The notes under the pieces: generated by a model
Told to the model about the DNA's origin: nothing
What the model saw: only the letters and a program-made list of their open reading frames with translations
The model's database searches: none
Shown here: positions 14,638 through 25,790 of the stretch, piece by piece
Layout of the letters: each line of letters begins with the position of its first letter
How positions within the stretch are numbered: the first letter of the stretch is position 1
NCBI GenBank assembly: GCA_951804945.1
Contig: OX638152.1
Location: 29,326,001-29,390,000, forward strand
Reading direction: 5' to 3'
Origin: Podarcis cretensis
Lineage: Eukaryota
DNA length: 64,000 bases
Position numbers and translations under genes: made by a program

Positions 14638-15002
14638 GGGACGCGGGTGGCGCTGTGGGTAAAAGCCTCAGCGCCTAGGGCTTGCCGATCGAAAGGTCGG
14701 CGGTTCGAATCCCCGCGGCGGGATGCGCTCCCGCTGCTCGGTCCCAGCGCCTGCCAACCTAGCAGTTCGAAAGCACCCCCGGGTGCAAGTAGATAAATAG
14801 GGACCACTTACTGGTGGAAAGGTAAACAGCGTTTCCGTGTGCTGCGCTGGCTCGCCAGATGCAGCTTTGTCACGCTGGCCACGTGACCCGGAAGTGTCTC
14901 CGGACAGCGCTGGCCCCCGGCCTCTTGAGTGAGATGGGCGCACAACCCCAGAGTCTGTCAAGACTGGCCCGTACGGGCAGGGGTACCTTTACCTTTACCT
15001 TT
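14638..15002 (+). mobile_element. Full-length Sauria SINE (young, CpG-rich)
   Basis: tRNA-like head gggacgcgggtggcgctgtgggtaaa (A box) ... ggttcgaatcc (B box); (TACCTT)n tail; 13-bp TSD taagattctaaag at 14624-14636 and 15002-15014. Confidence 0.93.
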
Positions 15003-15107
15003 AAGATTCTAAAGGTTTTGTTGAAGCTGCTGTATTCCATTTCAAAATTATACTTCACACTCCATGCTATTATTGGTTCTGTGTAGATATTTCAGAGCCC
15101 GTTGATA

Positions 15108-15110
<3 letters not shown>

Positions 15111-15150
<40 letters not shown>
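15111..15150. repeat. (GT)20 microsatellite
   Basis: Direct reading. Confidence 0.98.
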
Positions 15151-15151
<1 letters not shown>

Positions 15152-15260
15152 CGTTCACGTTAATGAAGTATACACAGAACCTGTGAATCACTATTTTTAA
15201 TCCTGGTTTGAATTAGTAAAATAATGCTATCTTGGGGGCTTTGTATACTACACTCTTAAG

Positions 15261-15390
15261 CAGTGCTATTTTTCTAGAAAAATAGGTGTCAGAGCTCACC
15301 ATGAACTTCTCCCTTGTTCTCTTAGAATGACAATGGCTTCTATCTGAAAGGTGCCGGAACTGAGCTCCAGCTGGAAAACAAAAAGCCCAG
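15261..15390. mobile_element. Short hAT-type non-autonomous element
   Basis: Perfect 8-bp TSD ctcttaag (15253-15260, 15391-15398); degenerate TIR cagtgctatt / aaaagcccag. Confidence 0.65.
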
Positions 15391-15849
15391 CTCTTAAGTA
15401 TTATATAGTTACTTATTGGAATATAGGAAGCTTCCTTCTACTTCTTTAGACCAGGGGTCATCTGAGTCAGTATTGGCTACACCAGAGACAGCCAGTGTTA
15501 CCACATTGTTACCACAATGTTACCACCCTTCAGAAGATGCAAAGTATAGCTCCCATTATCCCTAACCATTGTCCATGCTGATGAGAGCTGATGGGAGTTG
15601 TAGTCCTCAACATCTGGAGGGCACCAGTCTGCACAGACTTGCAGTGACTCTCCAGAGGTTTCAGACAGTCCTTCCAGTACTACCTTGAGGTATCAGGGAT
15701 TGCAATTGGAAGTTACATTCATAACATAGCACTATTCTGCTTGAATCGTCACAGAATCCTGGGCACTGTTCCTTGTTAAAGGGTGCTGACCTCACAGAGC
15801 TACAGTTTGACAAACTACCATTCCAAGGATTCTCAGTGACTGTCAAATA

Positions 15850-16090
15850 CAGTGGTACCTCAGGTTACAAACACCTCGGGTTACAAATGCCTCGGGTTCC
15901 AGACTCCGCTAACCTGGAAGTAGTACCTCGGGTTAAGAATTTACCTCAGGATGAGAACAGAAATCGTGTGACAGCGGCATGGCGGCAGCAGGAGGCCCCA
16001 TTAGCTAAAGTGGTACCTCAGGTTAAGAACAGTTTCAGGTTAAGAACGGACCTCCAGAATGAATTAAGTTCATAACCAGAGGTACCACGG
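15850..16090. mobile_element. Tc1/mariner (Tigger-like) MITE, copy 1
   Basis: TA|cagtggtacctc ... gaggtaccacgg|TA with repeated cctcgggtta subterminal motifs; same family as 61418-61643. Confidence 0.88.
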
Positions 16091-17429
16091 TACTGTAGTG
16101 CTTAAATGCAACATCTGTGTGTACAGCTTTTTGTTTTGCCACTGAGCTATATAGACCTACCTCAAAGCTGGCTTGTATCACACTGGGCTTTTTTTTATTT
16201 GTGTTTTATAGAGAAGAGGAAAGACAGTAAAGCGGAAAGATAGTGGGCATAATGAGACAAAACCAAATAAGAGGGTGAAAGAAGCAGGGAGGAATGAAAA
16301 GAAGCAGTAATGTATTTGGGCTAAAATTAGGTCCTGATCTGTACAGGGTGTAGACTATTGATCACAACTGTGGAACTGTATAAGATATACATTGACATAG
16401 CTGTAGTGTCAGATTGAATCCTGTACCTAGAAGCAAGCAGTCTAAAACTGAGGGATGCGTGTGAAGCAGGGGCAGCAAGATTTTCAGCCAAGCATGTTTA
16501 GGGCCAAGCACCCAGCAAACGAGTATACAAGGAAATGGGATTAAGAGGTATAGCAAACTACCCCCCCCCCCAAAAAAAATAGGCCCTTGCCGAGTAAAAT
16601 TAAGTGAACCTCATATTGTTTTCCCAATACTGTATTCAGATAAAGAAGGAATAAAACTGGCACATATGTGGAGAAATGTTGGCTGTGTCACTATTGGTTA
16701 TATTTCAGATCACAACAGAAGGAAGTCGCCACTTACGCGGTACTAACATAAATGTTTCTGAAGCTTTCAGTATCAAAATTAACAACAGCCTTCTAGAGGA
16801 ATTTAAAACAGCTTGCTGTGAGATTAAATCCCATAGATTTTACCTTGATGGACTTTTTGAGGCTTGTGCTTATGGATTTTAATATTAAAACTTTTAGTTG
16901 ACCTTACTCTATAAGAAAACATCCTTAACACTGATGTTATTTTTATGCCTCTTGGTGATACTAATGAGTTGAATAATTTATGAGGTTGTCATGTGAAAAG
17001 GATTTGGTGCAGTTTGATGTATTTTCAGCCTCTGGTGCTGGAATGTGATTAATAAAGCGCTAGAAGCACAGAATTTTTTTTCCATGGGGCTTAACTTTCA
17101 TTAGGGATTTTTCATCAGTGTTATTTTGATAATTTTTATAGCTGTCTGGTATAGTAGCAAAATTACTCTTAGTTTTAAGAATGAAAATCACATTAGACAA
17201 ATAAAATGGTTTTTTTTTGTTTTAAAGGGAGGTAGTTTACTCGCCTCGCATATCTTCTTAGTGGAAAATGACAGAGAGAGTAATGAGTCGCATAACGCAT
17301 TTTTGTGGGGGTTGTTGTTTGTTAAATCTTGCCTCTAAATGTAGTACCATGAATGCTGCTTTGAGTATCCATATAATAGTGGGAAACATCTTAGTAGTTT
17401 TTCGTTATCTACATTGACTGTCAGTTATC

Positions 17430-17990
17430 ATTTAGGGGGGTTGTGCATAAATATTGCAGCAAAGGAATGTTTAGTCAAAGCCTAAGTCAGCAAGCTCCTC
17501 TGTGTCTACGATCAAAGGCATCAGCTTAAATAGGTCTGATCAGGCATTGCAGACGAGGGCAGGCAGCTTCAGCCGAGCAAAAAACACAGAGCAAAGATGA
17601 CAAAATTAATCAGTCATTTCTCTGGCAATAAATAACAAGATATGCTGAGGTCTGCAGATGAGAGAATTTCTAGGTTCCTTGGAGATGTGCCTGCTTAATA
17701 CCCGATTTATCTAAGCTTGCACAGCCATCAAGATATGACCTTGATGAATAAAAGAGCACACTCTAACTAATCTCGACTTAAATCAGTATTGATAGTGAAT
17801 GCTTGGATACAGTAACAATATGATAGTCACAGTCACCAAAGAACAGGAAAATCTTGAGAATGGCAAAAATTGTCTGTGACTTTTTGCACCTGTTCAGGGG
17901 GGAGAACGTCAGCTGTTAACTAGTGAGCGGAAACACACAAAAATGTGGTGAAGATTACTTAGATGATTCGAGTGTCTATATATTCTATAT
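17430..17990. promoter_or_regulatory. Candidate conserved non-coding element / enhancer
   Basis: Repeat-free block with a TCF/LEF-type ATCAAAG (17511-17517), TAAT cores, TGACA (MEIS-type) and retained CpGs in an otherwise CpG-depleted intron. Conservation is not verifiable here. Confidence 0.35.
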
Positions 17991-18667
17991 ATTCCATAAA
18001 AAAACATAATAATCTTTGATTCTTTGTAAAACGCATCCAATTAATCTTTTGTTGGTAGAAAACTTGATATTCAGTTTGAGGGGGGGTCATATGTAGCCCC
18101 TTCCCACTGCTGCAGGCACCGCCACAGAAGGAAGCCAGAGGTTGAAAGGATTGGCATTGGGCAGCTTAGACCTTCCCCTTTCCACCCCACCTGCTTCCAG
18201 TTCCTTCCTCTCTACCCACCTGCCAGCCCCAAAGACCTGCCCACTCACCAGGCCAGATCACACTCTCTCCCCTTAAAGCTCAGCCCAACCACGCCTCTGA
18301 CACACCACTGGACAGGGCAGCTCCCCAGCAACCATCCTGCTCTGCTTCTGTTTTCCCCGTCCTTGGTCTCCAATGCTGCTGCAACCAAAATGGCCTTGTT
18401 GTGAGGCACGCAGTGGCAGCGTGGTTGCTGGGGAACTTCCCCAGATTTCTGACTGTTCCTTTGTGGCTTGCCCACCACCTGTGCTGCTTTCCTCGGGCAC
18501 CCATTCACTGAACTGTCTGCCTACCTGAAGCAGTCAACTGCAGTTCTTATGACAATTCTTAGAATTATATGCAAAGATAGTAGCTCATCATTGAGAACTT
18601 TCTTTTTTCTGTAAAATTATATTTTAATTTTTTTTTTCAAATCAAATTTTATTTTCTTTTGTTTCCT

Positions 18668-18674
<7 letters not shown>

Positions 18675-18728
<54 letters not shown>
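18675..18728. repeat. Compound (TG)13(AG)14 microsatellite
   Basis: Direct reading. Confidence 0.97.
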
Positions 18729-18732
<4 letters not shown>

Positions 18733-19179
18733 TTGCAAATTACGACACAGTCCCCAGAGTACAGTGGTTTGTTAACAGTACAACTGTTAGTGTTCTAAGC
18801 AGTTTATGCAATCTAGCAAGGTCAAAATGACCGTTAACTGTGCAGAGAGCTGCTTGTATAATTTCCTTGCCAATAGGGATTATGTGAGAGTTCTGCTGAG
18901 CTTGGCTTGGACCCGAGTCCAAACTGGATTTGAGCCTTCCAATCTGTAAGCTTCCTTTTCTGAGCCTTCCAGATACTAGCACTTAGCAAAGGAACCCGCC
19001 GTGTTAATTTCTTCTGTTCCAATGCAATTAATTCAGTGTGAAGCAGCTCCATCCACTAGCACTGGGATTGTGTGTGAGAGGAGAAATACTGCAGGGAGAG
19101 AGACCTGACTCCTTTGATCCTCAGTGGGGCTATCTACAGACATCTGGCTTTTGGTCTCCAGCCCCAGATTTGCTCCACA

Positions 19180-19207
19180 ACACACACACACACACACACA
19201 CACACAC
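19180..19207. repeat. (CA)n microsatellite
   Basis: Direct reading. Confidence 0.95.
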
Positions 19208-19442
19208 CAATCCCCTTAGGAACTAAATACAAATACCCCTTTGGTAAGTAAGGAGGTTCCTGACAATGGCCCTCAGATTGGCTCAATACAATTACTTGAG
19301 CATGTATCATTTGGGGCAGCAAAATTTCATGTTCATACAAGAAGACCTTCTGAAAGCTCACTAATTTCTACTTGCCACGTGGATATAAGTGCTCGTGATT
19401 CTGTGTATTCTGTCAGATGGTTGTGTTGTAAATTGTGGATAT

Positions 19443-19519
19443 ATAGAATCATAGAATCATAGAATCATAGAGTTGGAAGAGACCACAAGGGCCATCGAGT
19501 CCAACCCCCTGCCAAGCAG
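19443..19519 (-). mobile_element. CR1 LINE extreme 3' end (heavily 5'-truncated)
   Basis: Minus strand ends ...gtggtctcttccaactctatgattctatgattctatgattctat, the CR1 (ATTCTATG)n terminal octamer. Confidence 0.85.
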
Positions 19520-22500
19520 AGCAAAAAACACATGAAGGTCTCATGTATGTACTTTGGCATAGGAGTTTCATAAACTCTGGATCAGGTTCCAATAACATAT
19601 CTTTACTTGGTATGTGGATGGTGTATAATCAAGAAAGCACTATTGAGTTGTCTCAACAGTGGTGATGAAAATAAAGGTGGCCCCTAACATATGTATGACT
19701 GAAGCCATTTATGCTATGATGTCACAGCAGAAAAAGTCCTACTCCTCATAATTTCCAAAGCTGGTGGCAGACCAGGGCTTTCCCCAAAGATCTAGAAGGG
19801 TGGGGAAAATCGTATGTAGGGGAGCAGATAGTCACTGGGAAATAGAAATGGTTGATATGCAGCCTTGAAGCAAAGAATAGGGCATGGCACTGTCTTGATC
19901 TGTTGTATGGATCTGTTTGGGGTGGGGGGATAACAATGACCAGCTTCAAGCTGAATCTATGCCGTTTAGCTATAGAATTTAGTGCCTAGTTTAAAGGAGC
20001 ATAAATCTATACCACCCAGCATCCTATGCATGTGTTCCTATTTGTGAAGAGGAATTGGTTGTGCACACATGGATTTCCATTGCAAACAGAATGTCGCAAT
20101 CTCTCTTTGATTTCAACTTATCATTTGCTCATGCCTTTTTAGTTTTGTGACTTACAATTTGAATTAGGAATGTTCATAAAAGAATGCTACAAGATAAAGT
20201 GCGGGGAAATAACTGCTTTGATAATCATTCCTTCTAAAATGACTAAGCATTCCCATCTGTGCATGTGTACTACAGTTTCTTACTAGTGAATCATGCATTT
20301 TTCCCCCTACCAGGGGGAAAAGCTACTTTCATTTTCAGTGTCTTTTGAAAATAATATTTTCAAATGTAACGGTGCACAAAGCATAGCACGTAGCACAACA
20401 TTCTTTGTTCATTTTTATGCTGAGCTTTTACTTCAATATAAGTACAAGATGAGAATATATTTCTGGAACTTTTATGGAGTGGCATCCACTTCATGGACAG
20501 AGATTATGTAGATACTAATCTAGATATTACAGTGACGAGCTCTTTTAAAATGTGTATTCAGTGGTAAAGGGCTTCCAGATGTCATCAAATAACTCTTCTC
20601 TGTTCTTCAGTCTAAATGTGATGATCTCAGAGGAAGCAATGTAAGACAGGCATGTAAACCATTCCGTTTTACTTAAAGAGCATTGTCTTCCCCAGATTTT
20701 CTTCCTTTTTCTTTCTTTCTTTCTTTCTTTCTTTTTTTGCTGCTTTTGGTTCATTTATCAATCAACTTTTCCATTTTCACCCTGCATCTTTGCTATCCAA
20801 AATTTATTTCATTGCATTGATGCATGTTCATCTTTTTTAGTACAGTACAGATTTGTTAATAATTTCCCATGCACAGTGTGTCTTGTTTTGAGGTTGCTGT
20901 TCTCTTGTGAGAATATTGCGCTTTCCAAGCACAGTCCTGTGAATGTGGGGAAATGCCCCAAAATGTTCATTAATTGACTGCTATGATTTTTATGAGGACT
21001 GCTGCTGTTCAGGTGTGTTGGGTTTTTCTTTTGACAAGATAGCTATGTGCGCCACAGTGTCCCATTCTGCCACCATTTTGTGAGGATTTTTTTTTTAAAT
21101 TGCTTTGGAGACTTTTGCTTTGTTATGTGGTGAATGACCTCGTGAGTCAGGTATAGAATATTTTGTCTACTCTTAGAATTTCCCCTCTAAAGATAAAATG
21201 ATTTATACTCATTTATACTCTTGTGACTACCAATTTAAATACAGAATCAAAATTTACATGTGGAGCTTTTCAGAGGTTTCATCTCCAGTCCTGTGAATGA
21301 ATTCCTTTACTTCCCTGGACTTAGCAGCAACCCTTCAGATTCATTCTATAATTTCATTTTTTTTCAATGAAGGAAACCCAAGTTGTATTTAATTCTCAAG
21401 TGGCAAGAAGCATTGATGGGGGGCATTTTAATTATCAGGTTTGGAACCTTAGTTAGTTAGTTTTGTTTAGCTTTTGCTTGTTACATTTTAACCCTACTAG
21501 AAGATTCAATACTTATCATTTATGTGTAACCTCTAAGGCAAGTTTTATTATAGTCTATTTCAAAATAATTATCTACCTTCTCTTAAGAGTATTCCTACAT
21601 TATCTTGCACTTCCATAGTATACAATCACATTACAAGTGTTCAAGTCATATTGCAAATTCAAGAACACATTTTAGCTTTTTTAATTGCATTTTTTCTCTT
21701 GGTCTATTTTATAAATAACTTTCCTATCAATAAAAGCTATCTTTTATATAAATATAAAATATGTCTTCTTTTAAAAATATATTTTTGAACTAGTATTAGA
21801 AGGTAGGTAGGGTGTATTTGGAAAAGGAAATTGTGAAAACGCATTGCATGGCTTTTGAAAGTCAGTACACTCTATTAGCAAATCTGTCAATATAAAAAGT
21901 GCATTCCATTTCCACCTCTTGCTCTAATAACCTTTTCTATGTTACTCACAGGCAGTTCACATAATCAGAGTGTATTGTCAGCTTACTGGAGTTGGGGAAG
22001 CATGAAATGAAAATCACGTTAATATTGATCCAATTCTTTCTTGCAAGTGTCCTTGATGTCCTTTGCTACTGAGCAGTAGCTATTTATTATATTTGGGAAA
22101 ATAACTCAGTTATGACTATTCTTTGTAAACTGTATTCAAGCATAATTATTATTAATGTAGTTTTTGCTACTTGTCATTATTTTCTCCTTTTCAATATTTT
22201 GTAATATAAGATCATTAAATCACAAGTAATCACCTCCTTATTTGCTAGCCTTTGCTATATAATGAATGTCTGCAACTTAAGACATTATGTTAACTAATGA
22301 AAGGTATGTACAATATGGGTTAAATTATCTGGACATGTCCCTTATGAGATTTTCATTGACAAATGCTGCTTACAAGGTCAGATGTCATTGCTCTGTTCCA
22401 GCATTACAGTACTGAATTTTCTTAAGTACAACACCTCTCAAAATGAAAATAACCACCAGTGTTTGGCATGTTTATTGGAAAGCAGGGCAAAAAATGAATT

Positions 22501-22856
22501 CTCCTCATAATTAGTAGAATCAAATATTTCCTATTAGAATTGTTGATTGTGCTCTAAATCTATCTGTTTTTAACTTTAGATTGTACCTATATCCTCTCTG
22601 TAGTTTATTTTTTATACAGAGCTTAGAAAATCTAAGTGCCCAGTAATTGTATTCTTTTTATTTCAAATATAGGTTACCTGCTATTTCTCCTCTTAATCCT
22701 TTTCTCCCTAGTTTTTTGGGTTTTTTTTAGAATTCTTTTTCAACTCTGGAAAATTATGGAACTCTTAACAATTCATTAAGAGATGAGATTCTGTTGAGGG
22801 ATCTTGTGCTTATGGGCATAATTCCTGTATGAATTATTACTACTACTATTATACTT

Positions 22857-22896
22857 TCTTTTGTTATTGCTTCCTATCTTTTGTTATTGCTTCCTA
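22857..22896. repeat. 20-bp perfect tandem duplication
   Basis: tcttttgttattgcttccta x2. Confidence 0.95.
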
Positions 22897-23434
22897 TTTT
22901 GACATAATTTCACAATAAATTAAAAGTATATTTAAAACAGTTACATGTATGCAAACAATTAAAAAAAACCTGTATAAAAACAATTAATTATATATATATA
23001 ATTTGAATTTCAAATCCAATGCAGTTAGCAACTGATAATGGTGGCAATATCCCACTGCAGTGAATAGTCGAACCACTACGTTTTGCACCAACTGCAAGGG
23101 CTGTCTCACTCAGAGCACATTATGGTAATCTAATTTGGAGGTTACCAGCAAATGGATGGCATTCGTTAGGCTATCCTAGCCCAGAAATGGCTGTAGCTGT
23201 CCTACCAGCCAAAGGTGGTAAAAGGCACTCCTAGCCACTGAAGTCTCTAGTGTTAGTGATTGATCTAGGAGACTATGAACCTGTTCTAGTAGTTCAGTAA
23301 ACATTCAGGTAAGACTTTCAGCAAGACAAAATGGTAGGCAAGATTCAAGTAGGCCTCTGGTGAGGTGAGGCAAAGCTGATATTCAAGCAACAAAACATTA
23401 GTTTTGGGGAGTCTGTACAGCTACTACACTAGCT

Positions 23435-23656
23435 GAGAGCCAGTGTGGTGTAGTGGTTAAGAGTGGTGGACTCATAATCTGGTGAACCGGGTTTGCTTCC
23501 CTTCTCCTCCACATGCAATTGCTGGGTGACCTTGGGCTAGTCACACTTCTCTGAAGTTTCTCAGCCTCACTCACCTCACAGAGTGTTTGTTGTGGGTGAG
23601 GAAGGGAAAAGGAGATTGTTAGCCACTTTGAGACTCTTTAGGGTAGTGATAAAGCG
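23435..23656 (+). mobile_element. tRNA-derived squamate SINE (Squam3-like), cut by the assembly gap
   Basis: A box tggtgtagtggtt, degenerate B box, CORE-like gtgaccttgggc...tcacacttctctg, and L2-like tail tgttagccactttgag...aaagcg. Confidence 0.75.
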
Positions 23657-23787
23657 NNNNNNNNNNNNNNNNNNNNNNNNNNNNNNNNNNNNNNNNNNNN
23701 NNNNNNNNNNNNNNNNNNNNNNNNNNNNNNNNNNNNNNNNNNNNNNNNNNNNNNNNNNNNNNNNNNNNNNNNNNNNNNNNNNNNNNN
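23657..23787. other. Assembly gap (131 N)
   Basis: Run of N; probably covers the simple-repeat tail of the SINE. Confidence 1.
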
Positions 23788-24099
23788 GCCAAACCAAACC
23801 AGGATTCTCAACTGGGCTTACACACTGCAGTACACCTTCTGGCCATTATTAGGGAGGTGCTATACAGCAATAACCAGTCCAGCAGTTTCTTGGTGTGTGA
23901 CCTGCCCTGATTCTTCCAAAACGTTGCCCTGAGCCCTGCTGCTAGATCTGCAAGTTGGTGCCTGCTGGGACTTTGCAGTCTCATGATTGCATCTTTTAAA
24001 TTGTTTACCGCCTGACGCAGTTTTACTTTTACAATATTAAAGAAGGAAGACATGCCAAATGTGTACGTTTTCTTGCTCTCGTTTCATACCTCAGGTAAT

Positions 24100-24138
24100 G
24101 AAGTCCAATGCGCTACCCATTGCGCCACAGAGCCGCAA
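24100..24138 (-). pseudogene. Tailless retrocopy of the 5' half of tRNA-Arg(UCU)
   Basis: Minus strand reads ttgc-GGCTCTGTGGCGCAATGGGTAGCGCATTGGACTTC, i.e. nt 1-35 of vertebrate tRNA-Arg-TCT as I recall it (acceptor 5' strand, GCGC/GCGC D-stem, TTGGA anticodon stem). Flanked by a perfect 17-bp repeat atacctcaggtaatgaa (24086-24102, 24139-24155). No 3' half and no poly(A). Confidence 0.88.
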
Positions 24139-25399
24139 ATACCTCAGGTAATGAAATGTGTTATCTCTTAAGAGTTAATTCATTAGTACCCTTGACTATA
24201 AACTGAAACAGGGACATTATGCTAAAAAGCAACACAGGCTAAGATGCTTTAATAAGAAATAAGAAACGTCGTATAAGTGTCCAAGAGAGTAGAACTTCAC
24301 AAAAACATCTTTATTCTGTAAAAGATTTTTTAAATTAAATGCAGCATTTTATTGTGAAGCAGACAGAACTTTAGTTATGTCAAAACACTCTTTTAGGAGC
24401 CACATAAAGCTGTAAAAGACGGTATATGAAAAGGCATTCTTAAAGAAAAGAAATCACCATCCCATGAAGCTGATTTCCAGATGTTTGGAAACATTAGAAT
24501 TTCCTGTCAGTACATTTAGGTAACACTAAAATGAGTTAACTTTCCATTCTGCCAGCCCTCTTCAAAGATGAAAGAGAACTCTCTGCATAAATTGCCTTAT
24601 CTATAATTCACTGAAGTAAGCTGTGGAATGAACTCTGAAAGACGCAGAACTCTCCCTTGGCTTGTATCATGGCCTCTAAGCAAACTTTACTTTTATTTCC
24701 ACTCTCTTTTTAAAATGAAATTAGTGACCTTAAAAGTTGAATGGATGTTAATGAGTGATGATGTTGAGTGGTTTGTTTGAACTGAGTTATGTGCTTGGTT
24801 TGAATTTTGTATTTGTATTTGTATTTTTTTTGCTTCTGCCTCTCAGAAAGTCTGCCCATGTCTGAAATCAGCCACGTTATGAGTCTACATTTATTCAAGT
24901 AGCCTTGAACTGACTTTTTGTAAGCATGGACACAGCAGGTTATCTTTGAAGCTTAGCTTGCATACCTAGTACCAGCTGTGACCTGAAGAATCCAAATGAG
25001 AATTTACAAGTTTAAATGAAATTTGAGAGGAAAATATGGATGTTATCAAAATAAATGTTGACATGCCAAATACCGTTTTCAAAAGGCTCTCTGTCATTAT
25101 ATTTCATGCTTCTTGCTGTTTCATTGTACTTTAAAGAGAGAAAATATTCTTTATAATGAGTGCACTCCTTATTCCACTGAATCAGAGGCCCCATTCCCTT
25201 TGATTTGATGGAATCTGGATTAATGCAGGTCTGTACCTTGGTCTATCCGCTCATAATATATACTGGTCTCAGGTGATTCCTTGAGTAGAATTTGTGTTTC
25301 AGTGAGAAGGATTAAACTTTTAAACTCTTAGCTGCAATTTCATACACCCTTTAAAAAGGAAAGAGTGGTGCTCACATTTCCCTTGCTAAACACAAAGGA

Positions 25400-25790
25400 G
25401 GCCACCTATATGTTATTTACTAGATGGCATCTCCCACCGAGCAGACTGAGCCATTTACATTAGAGTTGTTCAAATTTGCCTTGATAGGGTTGTGGTCAGG
25501 TTTGAATGTATCTCTATACATAGTATAGTCCAAAAATGCCCAAAACTATTAAAATTCTGAAGGGAGATTCTGGCTCATATCAAAAGTGATATACCATTCT
25601 TTTTGATCCATGGATAGGGCTCTTCAGTGTCTTTGTTTCAGAGATAATTCATTGACTCAGTTACCCAATTACTTACTGCAGCTAAATTTCAGACAGCAAA
25701 GGCATAGAAATGTATCAATACCTCCAAAATTAGAAACTGGTATGAAGAACTGTGGGATCTACTTGTCATAGGTAAAATTTAGTCTCAGAT
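25400..25790 (+). mobile_element. Degenerate non-mammalian L1-type ORF2 C-terminal fragment
   Basis: Broken translations LFTRWHLPPSRLSHL...GCGQ, CPKLLKF and LLTAAKFQTAKA*K...IRNWYEELWDL match the cysteine-knuckle end of L1 ORF2; many stops and frameshifts. Confidence 0.6.

Noticed and set aside
24092-24100. Duplicated CAG|GTAATG donor-like motif in the half-tRNA TSD as a real exon end
   Set aside because: No convincing paired acceptor or NBEA-like coding sequence upstream.
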